Assembly (NCBI GenBank): GCA_934119955.1
Contig: CAKOSZ010000007.1
Location: 5,192 to 69,191, forward strand
Source: an uncultured Bacilli bacterium
Lineage (GTDB): Bacteria > Bacillota_I > Bacilli_A > RF39 > UBA660
Length of the DNA: 64,000 nucleotides
Direction of reading: 5' to 3'
The notes beneath the pieces are model-generated. The model was not told where the DNA came from. It was given only the letters and a program-made list of their open reading frames with translations, and ran no database searches. A program made the position numbers and the translations under genes. Shown in pieces: positions 8,291 to 17,301 of the stretch. Numbering within the stretch: position 1 is the stretch's first letter; every line of letters begins with the position of its first letter.

Positions 8291-9625
8291 ATGATAAATG
8301 AGGCTTTTGAATTATGCCCACTTGATGGTCGTTACAAAGATATTAAAGAATTAGTATCACCTTACTTTGCTGAATATACATATTTTCAAAAAAGGGTATT
8401 TGTTGAAATACAATGGTTATTATATTTAATTAAAACAGATGTTGTTAATTATAAAGGTGATGTTTTTAAAATTGAAGAAATATCATCTAAATATGATCTT
8501 AATTCTTATCTTGAAATAAAAAAATATGAAAATATTACTAAGCACGATGTAAAAGCAGTTGAATACTTTATTGATCAAAAATTAAAGGAAAGTAATTTGA
8601 CTGAACTTATTTCTTATGTTCATTTTACTTTAACAAGTGAAGATATTAATAATGTCTCTTATGCTTTAATGATAAAACAATTTTTAAATGAGGTATATTA
8701 TCCCAAAATAGAAAAACTTTTGAATTATTTAACTATTTTATCTAAGAAATATAAAAATACAGTTGTTCTTGCTCATACTCATGGTCAACCAGCAACTCCA
8801 ACTACTTTTGGAAAAGAATTCAAAGTATATATTTATAGAATAAAAAACGAACTTCAAAAACTAAAAAAAGTAAAAATAATGGCTAAATTTAATGGAGCAA
8901 CTGGAAATTATAGTGCAATAAAAGTAGCCTTACCAGAAATAGATGTCATATCTTTTTCTAAAAACTTTATTGAATCTTTAAATCTTGCTTTTAATCCTTT
9001 AACAACTCAAATAGAAAATCATGATTATATAGTAACAATTTTAGATATTGTAAGACATATAAATAATATTATTCTAGATATGGATATTGATATGTGGTTA
9101 TATATTAGTAAATCATATTTTAAACTAGAAGTAGTTAAAAATGAAGTAGGTAGTAGTACTATGCCACATAAGGTAAATCCTATTAATTTTGAAAATAGTG
9201 AATCAAATTTAGAAGTTTCAAATGGTTTATTAGTAACTTTGTCCAATAAATTACCGCGTTCAAGAATGCAAAGAGATTTGTCAGATTCTTCAACAATGCG
9301 TAATTTAGGAATATCATTTGGATATTCACTTCAAGGAATAAAAGAAACTTTAAAAGGTTTAAAGAAAGTGACTATCAATAAAGAACAAATTAAATTAGAA
9401 CTTGCTGATGAATGGGAACTATTAGCCGAACCAATTCAAACAATTCTAAGAAAATACAAAATTCAAGATGCCTATAATAAACTAAAAGAACTAACTCGTG
9501 GTAAAAAAGTAACTAAAAAAATAATAGAAGATTTTATTAATAGTTTAGAAATTGCTGATTGTGATAAAAAAATATTACTAGATTTAACTCCTAGTAATTA
9601 TATAGGTCTTGCCAATAAATTATAA
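8291..9625 (+). CDS. purB: adenylosuccinate lyase
   Basis: Fumarate-lyase signature GSSTMPHKVNPINFE. N-terminal CPLDGRYKD is typical of PurB. 444 aa. Confidence 0.8.
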   Translation: MINEAFELCPLDGRYKDIKELVSPYFAEYTYFQKRVFVEIQWLLYLIKTDVVNYKGDVFKIEEISSKYDLNSYLEIKKYENITKHDVKAVEYFIDQKLKESNLTELISYVHFTLTSEDINNVSYALMIKQFLNEVYYPKIEKLLNYLTILSKKYKNTVVLAHTHGQPATPTTFGKEFKVYIYRIKNELQKLKKVKIMAKFNGATGNYSAIKVALPEIDVISFSKNFIESLNLAFNPLTTQIENHDYIVTILDIVRHINNIILDMDIDMWLYISKSYFKLEVVKNEVGSSTMPHKVNPINFENSESNLEVSNGLLVTLSNKLPRSRMQRDLSDSSTMRNLGISFGYSLQGIKETLKGLKKVTINKEQIKLELADEWELLAEPIQTILRKYKIQDAYNKLKELTRGKKVTKKIIEDFINSLEIADCDKKILLDLTPSNYIGLANKL

Positions 9626-9641
9626 TTTTATTAAATAAAAA

Positions 9642-9673
9642 ACTAAGTAAGATAAGAAAAATTTTACTTAGTT
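9642..9673. terminator. bidirectional terminator hairpin between purB and the XRE gene
   Basis: ACTAAGTAA...TTACTTAGT gives a 9-bp stem, A/T-rich on both sides. Confidence 0.5.
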
Positions 9674-10134
9674 TAATTATATATATAATTTTTATTTTTA
9701 GTGCGTCCACATAACTTGTCAACAGATAAATTAAATTTTACTGCAAGTGAATAAATGAATACTGTTAGTACTAAGGTTTTACCATTTTCATAAGCACTTA
9801 CAGTTGATTGAGAAGTATTAAACATTTCAGCAAGTTCTTTTTGAGTTATCTTGTTTTTTCTTCTTATAATTTGAACATTTTTTCCAATTACTTTTTTATT
9901 CATTTCCTTAGAATAACGATAATTAAAATAAAAATTATTATCAGTTAAATTTAGAAGATAATCCATAGTAACCTTGAAATGCTTGCAATAATTATTTAAA
10001 TGGTTAAGCGGAATAATTTCTTCCATTGTTTCCCATCTAGCATAGGTTGATTTAGACACTCCTAAAATTTTAGCAACTTGTCTTTGAGAAAGCTCTCTTT
10101 TTTCTCTAATTATTGCTAATCTTGAAAAATCCAT
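9673..10134 (-). CDS. XRE-family transcriptional regulator with two HTH domains
   Basis: First HTH: LSQRQVAKILGVSKSTYARWE. Second HTH: ITQKELAEMFNTSQSTVSAYENGK. Confidence 0.7.
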   Translation of the reverse strand: MDFSRLAIIREKRELSQRQVAKILGVSKSTYARWETMEEIIPLNHLNNYCKHFKVTMDYLLNLTDNNFYFNYRYSKEMNKKVIGKNVQIIRRKNKITQKELAEMFNTSQSTVSAYENGKTLVLTVFIYSLAVKFNLSVDKLCGRTKNKNYIYN

Positions 10135-10233
10135 ATTTTACCACCAATATAATTTTCTCATTATATTGTAAAATTGTTCAGTTTTGCCCCTAAAATACGA
10201 TTTTTGTGATATAATTTTTTAGGTGTTATTGAT

Positions 10234-10482
10234 ATGGAAAATAAAAAATTAAACTATAATCTAGAAAATGATTTTTTAGAAATAAAAAGAAATACAGAAT
10301 ATTTCATTAATTACTTGATAAAAGAATTATATTATTATCAACAAGTTTATCATGCTATGATTAAAACTGCACCATGTAGTTTATTTAAGAAAAAATATAA
10401 AAAATGGGAAGATAATTTAAATGATTTAAAAATAAAAATAACAAAAACTGAAAAAATAATTAATAATATCATTGATTGTTAA
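10234..10482 (+). CDS. small hypothetical protein, divergent from the XRE regulator
   Basis: 82-aa ORF with an extended -10 TGTGATATAAT about 30 nt upstream. Confidence 0.3.
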   Translation: MENKKLNYNLENDFLEIKRNTEYFINYLIKELYYYQQVYHAMIKTAPCSLFKKKYKKWEDNLNDLKIKITKTEKIINNIIDC

Positions 10483-10521
10483 ATTTTATTTGTGATAAAA
10501 TTAAAGTATAGGAGGATTACT

Positions 10522-11325
10522 ATGGATAAAATATTAGATAAAATAGTAGAAGGTGGAATTGACTTATTAATTAGACTAGTTCTTGCTTGCTTAATTATTT
10601 TTATAGGTTTTAAATTAATAAAGATTTTAATTAATCGTTTAAGGAAAGGAAAATTATTTTTAAAGATTGAAAAAAGTTCCCAGACATTTCTTGCAAGTTG
10701 TTTGAATATTGGCTTAAAAATAATAGTTTTCATAATAGCAATAACTATTTTAGGAATACCTACAACAACAATTATTACTATATTAGGTTCTTTTGGTCTT
10801 GCACTTGGTCTTGCTTTACAAGGTGGACTTAGTAATATTGCAGGTGGTTTAATGATTATGATTTTTAAACCATTTAAAGTAGGAGATTTTATAGATACAC
10901 ATGCTGATATAGGTACTGTTAAAGAAATTAATATTTTTAATACAGTTCTAGTAACACCAGATAATAAAGTTATTGTTTTACCAAATGGAACTTTATCAAA
11001 TTCAACAATTGTTAATTACAGTTCTATGAAAGAAAGAAGATTAGATTTAAAAATAGCAACTTCTTATAATGATGATACTAAGAAAGTTAAAAAAACATTA
11101 GAAGAAGTTATTCTTAAAAATAATAAGGTTATAAAAGATAAAGGAATTTTGATTGCCTTAGATGAATGTGGAGATGATTCTTTAAATTATATTATTCAGT
11201 TATGGGTAAAAGCAAGTGATTATTTATCTACTAAATATGAACTGTTAGAAAATATTAAAAATAAATTTGATGAAGAGGGAATAAGCATTCCATATAAACA
11301 ATTAGATGTACATCTAATTAAATAA
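10522..11325 (+). CDS. mscS: small-conductance mechanosensitive channel (MscS family)
   Basis: Three N-terminal TM helices, then the MscS beta-domain (GDFIDTHADIGTVKEINIFNTVLVTPDNKVIVLPNGTLSNSTIVNYS). RBS TAGGAGGA before the ATG at 10522. Confidence 0.8.
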   Translation: MDKILDKIVEGGIDLLIRLVLACLIIFIGFKLIKILINRLRKGKLFLKIEKSSQTFLASCLNIGLKIIVFIIAITILGIPTTTIITILGSFGLALGLALQGGLSNIAGGLMIMIFKPFKVGDFIDTHADIGTVKEINIFNTVLVTPDNKVIVLPNGTLSNSTIVNYSSMKERRLDLKIATSYNDDTKKVKKTLEEVILKNNKVIKDKGILIALDECGDDSLNYIIQLWVKASDYLSTKYELLENIKNKFDEEGISIPYKQLDVHLIK

Positions 11326-11350
11326 TTAAAATTTGTTTAATATATGAAAA

Positions 11351-11376
11351 AAATAGACATTCGGTCTATTTTTTAT
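11351..11376 (+). terminator. rho-independent terminator after mscS
   Basis: AAATAGAC-ATTCG-GTCTATTT followed by a T-run. Confidence 0.65.
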
Positions 11377-11417
11377 AAAATAAAAACTATTAGCAAAATA
11401 GTTTTATAATACATATA

Positions 11418-11491
11418 TGGCAGGGAATGAGAGAATCGAACTCCCATCAAAGGTTTTGGAGACCCCTATTTTACCATTAAACTAATTCCCT
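11418..11491 (-). tRNA. tRNA-Trp(CCA)
   Basis: Reverse complement folds as AGGGAAT...anticodon loop CTCCAAA...ATTCCCT-G-CCA. A minus-strand promoter (TTGACA, 17 nt, TAAAAT; 11503-11531) sits just upstream, and a terminator hairpin (11381-11404) just downstream. Confidence 0.8.
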
Positions 11492-11524
11492 AAAACAAAT
11501 TTATTTTAACATTATTTATATTAC

Positions 11525-11553
11525 TTGTCAATTAATATTTTTTATTCTATAAT
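11525..11553 (+). promoter_or_regulatory. sigma-A promoter of the K/N-rich protein gene; its -35 overlaps the tRNA-Trp promoter
   Basis: TTGTCA (11525-11530), 17 nt, TATAAT (11548-11553). The palindromic CTTGTCAA also supplies TTGACA for the opposite strand. Confidence 0.5.
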
Positions 11554-11574
11554 ATATACGTGTTAGGAGGATGT

Positions 11575-12708
11575 ATGGCAAATAAAACTAAAAAGCAAAT
11601 TAATGTTCAAAAAGAATTAAATAAAGGTAAAAATAACAAGGATTCTAAGGTAAGTAATTCAAATATTAAAAAAAATAATATTAAAAAGACAACTATTAAA
11701 AATACTCCTAGTACAAAGAAAAAAAGTAATTATCAAAAAATTCAAAAAAGAGTTCAAACTGAAAATCAAAAAGAAATAACAAGAAAAGAAGAAAATAAAA
11801 CTTTGAAAATAGATAATAAAGAGAGTAAAAATACAATTACAGAAATAAATTCAAAAACAGATAAAATTAAAAATAAAAATAATGTAAAAACTGAAAAAAT
11901 AAAAATAAAATCAAAAAAAGATAAAAGTGAAGTAAGTAGTAATAAAAAAAATAAAATAAAAAGAGTTAAAATTATATTTAAAAATATATTTAAACGTATT
12001 TTTCTAGTATTTAAAAAAGTTTTTTTGGCACTTAAAAAAGTCTTCTTTGTAATAATGAATTTCTTCAAGAATTTATTAATTAAAATAGCAAGATTTCTTA
12101 AAAAAGAATTTACATCTTTTATTAACTTCTTAAAAAATAAAATTAGAAATATTAAAAACAGACGAGATGTTGATAATAAAGAAAATGTTAAATTAACCAA
12201 AATTGATAAAAAGAAAAATAAAGAATTATTAAAACTAGAAAGGAAAAATAAAAGATTACTTAAATTAGAAAATAAAAAGAATAATAAAAATAAAAAAGGA
12301 ATTAAAAAAGATATAGAAATTCAAAATGATATTAATAATAAAAATATAGATAATAAAATTAAAGATAGTAATTTAGATAGTTTAAGCAATACAGTTATAA
12401 TTAAGAGTATAACAGGTAGAATATTACCTTTATCTCTTACAAAGTGGGATAGAAAAAGAAGAAAAAATATTTATTTAAAAGAATCATTGTTGTTTTCTAT
12501 TATCTTTACTTTAATTGATACAATTTGTTTTTATAAGTTTTCGTTTGCAAATTTATTAACTATTTTTGATAATAGTATGTGGAATTTAATAGTAACTATT
12601 TCTTTAACTTTACTTGTTTTATTGATTGCAACATATATAGTTGACTATGTAATGACTGAAATAATGATTAAAAAATATAATAAGAAAATTCTAGATACAG
12701 CAAAATAA
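11575..12708 (+). CDS. highly basic Lys/Asn-rich protein with C-terminal TM helices (hypothetical)
   Basis: N-terminal ~290 aa are dominated by K/N/I and include amphipathic repeats (FKKVFLALKKVFFV). Two TM helices at the C-terminus. AGGAGG lies before the ATG at 11575. Confidence 0.4.
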   Translation: MANKTKKQINVQKELNKGKNNKDSKVSNSNIKKNNIKKTTIKNTPSTKKKSNYQKIQKRVQTENQKEITRKEENKTLKIDNKESKNTITEINSKTDKIKNKNNVKTEKIKIKSKKDKSEVSSNKKNKIKRVKIIFKNIFKRIFLVFKKVFLALKKVFFVIMNFFKNLLIKIARFLKKEFTSFINFLKNKIRNIKNRRDVDNKENVKLTKIDKKKNKELLKLERKNKRLLKLENKKNNKNKKGIKKDIEIQNDINNKNIDNKIKDSNLDSLSNTVIIKSITGRILPLSLTKWDRKRRKNIYLKESLLFSIIFTLIDTICFYKFSFANLLTIFDNSMWNLIVTISLTLLVLLIATYIVDYVMTEIMIKKYNKKILDTAK

Positions 12709-12767
12709 TAATTGATGAATAATAAATAAATAATTAATAATTACATTTAAATAATACAGTATAGGAG

Positions 12768-14084
12768 ATGATTAAAATAGAAATTCGAGGTTTAAATTTA
12801 GAAAAAATTAAAAAAATATCTTCCTTAAAACATGAAGAAGATTATTTTCTAAATTATAGGATTAAAAGTTATGAAATATTTAAAGAACTAAGTGAACCTG
12901 ATTTTGGAGTTAAGTGTCATATTGATTATGACAAAATAATTTACTATAAATCTATTCAAGATGATATAAAAAATGATTGGAAGGATGTTGCTTCTAATGT
13001 TCAAGATGAATTTAAAAATTTAGGAGTAATTGAAAGTGAAAGTAAATTAGATGGAATAGGGGTTCAGTATGAAAGTGAAGTAATATATCATAATATGTTA
13101 CACGAACTTGAAGAAAAAAAAGTTATATTTACCTCAATTGATGAAGCAATTAGGAAATACCCGGATTTGGTTAAAAAATATTTTGGTAAATTAGTTTCTA
13201 ATCGTGATAATAAATTTGCTGCTCTAAATTCTTGTGTTTTTTCGGGAGGTAGTTTTATTTATGTTCCTGATAATACTAAGTTAGATAGACCTTTACAAAG
13301 TTATTTTAGAATTAATAGTAAAGAAATGGGGCAATTTGAAAGAAGTTTAATAATTGTTGGAGATAATAGTGAACTACATTATATAGAAGGTTGTACAGCA
13401 CCTACTTATAGTGAATCTAGTTTACATGCAGCCGTTGTAGAAATTTTTGTTGGTAAAAATAGTAAATGTCGTTATTCAACTATTCAAAATTGGGCTCATA
13501 ATGTTAATAATTTAGTAACTAAACGTGCTTTGGTAGAAGAAAATGGTACAATGGAATGGATTGACGGAAATATAGGAAGTTTTAATACAATGAAATATCC
13601 TGCTTGTATATTAAAAGGTGATAATTCATCTGGAACTTGTATTACAATTAGTGTAGCATCTAAAAATCAATTTCAAGATACTGGTAGTAGAATGATTCAT
13701 ATAGGAAAAAATACTAAGAGTAAAATCATATCTAAAAGTATTGCTATGAATGGTGGTAATGCTACATATAGGGGTAAAATAGATATTAAAGAAAGTGCTA
13801 TTAATAGTGAAGCAAGTTTAAAATGTGATACTTTAATTTTAGATAATTTAAGTAAAAGTGATACTTATCCAGTTAATATTAATAGGAATAAAACTAGTAA
13901 TTTATTTCATGAAGCAACTGTTTCTAAGATAAGTGAAGAAAATTTATGTTATTTAATGAGCAGGGGAATAACAAGAGAAAGAGCAATGGAATTAATTATT
14001 TTAGGTTTTATTGATGAATTTAAGAAAGAATTACCTGTTGAATATGCAGTTGAGTTAAATCAATTAATTAAGAAAAATTTGTAA
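12768..14084 (+). CDS. sufB: Fe-S cluster assembly protein, SufB/SufD family
   Basis: SufB-type C-terminal beta-helix region (GDNSELHYIEGCTAPTY...GKNSKCRYSTIQNW...). No sufC or sufS is adjacent in this window. Confidence 0.7.
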   Translation: MIKIEIRGLNLEKIKKISSLKHEEDYFLNYRIKSYEIFKELSEPDFGVKCHIDYDKIIYYKSIQDDIKNDWKDVASNVQDEFKNLGVIESESKLDGIGVQYESEVIYHNMLHELEEKKVIFTSIDEAIRKYPDLVKKYFGKLVSNRDNKFAALNSCVFSGGSFIYVPDNTKLDRPLQSYFRINSKEMGQFERSLIIVGDNSELHYIEGCTAPTYSESSLHAAVVEIFVGKNSKCRYSTIQNWAHNVNNLVTKRALVEENGTMEWIDGNIGSFNTMKYPACILKGDNSSGTCITISVASKNQFQDTGSRMIHIGKNTKSKIISKSIAMNGGNATYRGKIDIKESAINSEASLKCDTLILDNLSKSDTYPVNINRNKTSNLFHEATVSKISEENLCYLMSRGITRERAMELIILGFIDEFKKELPVEYAVELNQLIKKNL

Positions 14085-14293
14085 AAATGTAATTTTTTAA
14101 TAAATTTGAAAAAAAATTAAAAAAGTGTGATTTTTGAAATTGGACTTTTTTTTCTGGCAAAATTTGATCGAATTTGGGGTAATTTTGAATTTTGACGGGG
14201 TTATTGGTGTCTTAGGGCTGGGCAAATTCAAAAATTACCTTTTTGACGTTATTTTTATTGTTTGATATAGTGCTTTTTGAAAGGAGGTTTTAT

Positions 14294-14641
14294 ATGGTTA
14301 ATACAGTTATGTTAATTGGAAGATTAACAAAAGATCCGGAGATTGTTGAAACCGAAAAGGGTACTAAGGTATCAAGAATAACGTTAGCAATTGGAAGAAA
14401 GTTTAAAAGTTCTGATGGAACGTATCGTACTGATTATATTGATTGTATACTTTGGAATAATTTTGCTAAAAATGTTAGTACTTATTGTGTAAAAGGTGAT
14501 TTAATAGGAATTCGTGGTAGACTTCAAGTTGAAACATATGAAAAAGATGGAGTTAAGAAAAAAGTAACTGATGTTATTGCTGAAAGTATTACGTTTTTAT
14601 CATCTAAAAGTAAAGAAGAAATTACTATAAGTGAAAATTAA
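14294..14641 (+). CDS. ssb: single-stranded DNA-binding protein (short form, no acidic tail)
   Basis: OB-fold MLIGRLTKDPE...RITLAIGR...YIDCILWNNFAKNV...GDLIGIRGRLQ. AAGGAGG RBS before the ATG at 14294. The protein ends ...TISEN without a DDDIPF-type tail. Confidence 0.7.
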   Translation: MVNTVMLIGRLTKDPEIVETEKGTKVSRITLAIGRKFKSSDGTYRTDYIDCILWNNFAKNVSTYCVKGDLIGIRGRLQVETYEKDGVKKKVTDVIAESITFLSSKSKEEITISEN

Positions 14642-14671
14642 AATTAATTAGATTACTATTTAGTAATCTAT

Positions 14672-14792
14672 ATTGGGAACTATTCAAACGATTCTAAAAC
14701 ATTTACTCCTTTAAAATTATATATTATTCTAGCACTTTTTCTTAAATGTTTAAAAATTTATCACGGATGTTGTAGTTTGAATAGTTCCCAAT
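14672..14792. repeat. perfect 18-bp inverted repeat pair separated by 85 bp
   Basis: ATTGGGAACTATTCAAAC at 14672-14689 and its exact reverse complement GTTTGAATAGTTCCCAAT at 14775-14792. An additional 8-bp palindrome GATTACTA/TAGTAATC lies at 14651-14668. Confidence 0.8.
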
Positions 14793-14881
14793 GTAAAGAA
14801 TAAAAAGATTAAATTAAAAGGTACTAAATTACTAAAAAAAATAAAAAAGTGTTAAATTGAAGAAAAAAATGTTAAATTAAA

Positions 14882-14910
14882 TTGACAACTAGTCTAAGTT
14901 TTGTTATTAT
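14882..14910 (+). promoter_or_regulatory. sigma-A promoter of tRNA-Ser(GCU)
   Basis: TTGACA, 17 nt, then TGT-TATTAT (extended -10), 14 nt before the tRNA 5' end. Confidence 0.6.
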
Positions 14911-14924
14911 ATATTTAGTCATTT

Positions 14925-15017
14925 GGAGTAGTACTCAAGAGGCTGAAGAGGCTCCCCTGCTAAGGGAGTAGATCGGGTTAAACTGGTGCGAGGGTTCAAA
15001 TCCCTCCTGCTCCGCCA
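14925..15017 (+). tRNA. tRNA-Ser(GCU)
   Basis: Type II tRNA: acceptor GGAGTAG/CTGCTCC, anticodon stem CTCCC/GGGAG with loop CTGCTAA, long variable arm, CCA. Confidence 0.85.
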
Positions 15018-15132
15018 TAAATGATAATAAACTCTTAGTAAATAAGGGTTTTATTTTTTACCTAAAATATATTTAAAATGATTGTTATTTAATTTATTTT
15101 ATTGTATAATAACAAAGGAAAAGGAGAAGTTT

Positions 15133-16314
15133 ATGAAAATATTATCAGTAAATGCAGGTAGTTCATCTTTAAAGTTTCAAATGTATGAAATGCCTGATGA
15201 AGTTGTATTAATTAGTGGCGTTTTTGAACGCATTGGTATGGAAGGTAGTTTCTATACTATTAAATTAAATGGAGAAAAAAAAGAAAAAAAAGTAGAACTT
15301 AAAGATCATAAAACAGCATTTGAGTTATTAGTTAAAGAATTAATTGATAATAAGATAGTTGATAGTTTAGATGATATAGCAGGAATTGGGCATAGAATAG
15401 TTCAAGGTGGTTCATATTTTGATAGAAGTGTTATAGCAAGTGAAGAAGTTATTCAAAAAATTGATGAATTATCACCTCTTGCACCTTTACATAATCCAGC
15501 AGCAATAGTAGGTATTCGTGCTGCTCAAACAGTAGTTCCAGGTGCTGTACAAACAGTTGTTTTCGATACAGCATATCATCAAACTATGCCGGAAGAAAAT
15601 TATTTATATGCACTTCCATATGATTTATGCAAAGATAATTTAATAAGAAGATATGGGGCTCATGGGACAAGTCATAGATATGTTGCTAATAAAATGAATG
15701 AAATATTAGGAAGAGAAGATACTAAATTAATTACTTGTCATATAGGTAATGGTGCAAGTATAAGTGCAATTTTAAATGGAAAATGTTTAAATACTTCAAT
15801 GGGATTAACTCCAAATGCTGGTTTAATTATGGGAACACGTTGTGGGGATATTGATGCTACAATTTTACCTTACTTAATGGAAAAGCAAAACATTTCATGC
15901 AAGGAAATGGATAGAATTATGAACAAAGAAAGTGGATTACTTGGTATAAGTGGTGTTAGTAGTGATTCAAGAGATATTGAAAATGGAATAAAAGAAGGAA
16001 ACAAACGTTGTGAATTGGCTCAAAAAATGTATGTAAGAAGAATTATTGATTACATTGCTAAGTATTATGTTGAACTAGGTGGCTGTGATGGTATAGTATT
16101 TACTGCTGGTGTTGGTGAAAATAGTGTTTCAGTTCGTAAAGCAATTATGGAAGGTTTAGAAGTTTTAGGTATTAAATTAGATGAAGAAAAAAATAATATA
16201 AGAGGTAGTTTACAAAAAATTAGTGCTAATGATTCAAGTGTTTTAGTTTATGTAATACCAACAGATGAAGAATTAATGATAGCACGTGATACTTTAAATT
16301 TAATAAATAGTTAG
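15133..16314 (+). CDS. ackA: acetate kinase
   Basis: MKILSVNAGSSSLKFQ N-terminus, GHRIVQGG, and DTAYHQTMP motifs. 394 aa. RBS AAAGGAG. Confidence 0.9.
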   Translation: MKILSVNAGSSSLKFQMYEMPDEVVLISGVFERIGMEGSFYTIKLNGEKKEKKVELKDHKTAFELLVKELIDNKIVDSLDDIAGIGHRIVQGGSYFDRSVIASEEVIQKIDELSPLAPLHNPAAIVGIRAAQTVVPGAVQTVVFDTAYHQTMPEENYLYALPYDLCKDNLIRRYGAHGTSHRYVANKMNEILGREDTKLITCHIGNGASISAILNGKCLNTSMGLTPNAGLIMGTRCGDIDATILPYLMEKQNISCKEMDRIMNKESGLLGISGVSSDSRDIENGIKEGNKRCELAQKMYVRRIIDYIAKYYVELGGCDGIVFTAGVGENSVSVRKAIMEGLEVLGIKLDEEKNNIRGSLQKISANDSSVLVYVIPTDEELMIARDTLNLINS

Positions 16315-16323
16315 GATGATTGT

Positions 16324-17301
16324 ATGTTTAGTAATATTTATGAATTAATAAAAGAGTTTGAAACAATTGTACTTGCCAGACATGTTGGGGTTGATCCTGA
16401 TGCAATGGCTAGTACAATGGCTTTAAAAGATAGTATTCTTTTAACTTTTACTAATAAAAAAGTTTATTGTGTAGGAGGAGGAAGTAATAGATTTTCTTAT
16501 TTTGGTAAATTAGATAAAATAGACAAACCAGAAAATGCACTTTTAATAGTACTTGATACTCCTGATATAAGAAGAATAGATGGAATCGATCTTCAAGATT
16601 ATAAAAAAGTAATAAAGATTGATCATCATCCGTTTGTTGAAAAGTATGCTGATATTGAATGTATTAATGACGCATCAAGTAGTGCCTCAGAACTTGTTTT
16701 GGATTTAATTAACGAAACTCCTTTATTGATGAATAAAATTATTGCTTCAAAAATATACCTTGGAATTGTTAGTGATACTAATCGTTTTATGTTTAATAAT
16801 TCAACAGGTTCTACTTTTAAAAAGGTATCTAAGTTAATTGATGATTATGATTTAGAAATTGATAAATTATATGTTCCATTATATTTAAGACCAATTAATG
16901 AAGTAAGATTAGAAGGATACATTGGCCTTAACTTAAATGTTACTGAAAATGGTGTAGGATATATAAAATTAACCAAAGATTTATTAGATAAATATGGAGT
17001 TGATGCTGCTGCACCTGGTAATATGGTTAATAATTTTAATTATATTAACGAAGTATTAGTTTGGGCATTTTTTACAGAAGATGTTAAAAATGAAAATATA
17101 AGAGTTTCAGTTAGATCACGTGGTCCTATTATTAATACTTCCCTTGCAAAATATAATGGTGGAGGCCATAAATATGCTAGTGGGGCTAGAATTAAAACAA
17201 TGGCTGATGTAGAACCAATTGTTGAAGATTTGGATTATTTATGTAAAAAATATAATGAAGAAGTAGGTGATACTAATGAAAGTAAACAAATGCTTGCTTG
17301 A
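16324..17301 (+). CDS. nrnA: DHH/DHHA1 phosphoesterase (NrnA-like oligoribonuclease / pAp phosphatase)
   Basis: Has the DHH motif (IKIDHHP), the DHHA1 GGGH motif (KYNGGGHKYASGA), and HVGVDPDAM. Confidence 0.7.
   Translation: MFSNIYELIKEFETIVLARHVGVDPDAMASTMALKDSILLTFTNKKVYCVGGGSNRFSYFGKLDKIDKPENALLIVLDTPDIRRIDGIDLQDYKKVIKIDHHPFVEKYADIECINDASSSASELVLDLINETPLLMNKIIASKIYLGIVSDTNRFMFNNSTGSTFKKVSKLIDDYDLEIDKLYVPLYLRPINEVRLEGYIGLNLNVTENGVGYIKLTKDLLDKYGVDAAAPGNMVNNFNYINEVLVWAFFTEDVKNENIRVSVRSRGPIINTSLAKYNGGGHKYASGARIKTMADVEPIVEDLDYLCKKYNEEVGDTNESKQMLA

Noticed and set aside
14100-14290. Relatively GC-richer 190-bp stretch between sufB and ssb (GGGGTAATTTTGAATTTTGACGGGGTTATTGGTGTCTTAGGGCTGGGC) as a possible small RNA or riboswitch.
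   Set aside because: I could not fold it into a recognisable Rfam-like structure or find a conserved motif. It is more likely just the ssb promoter/leader region (TTGACG...GATATAGT).
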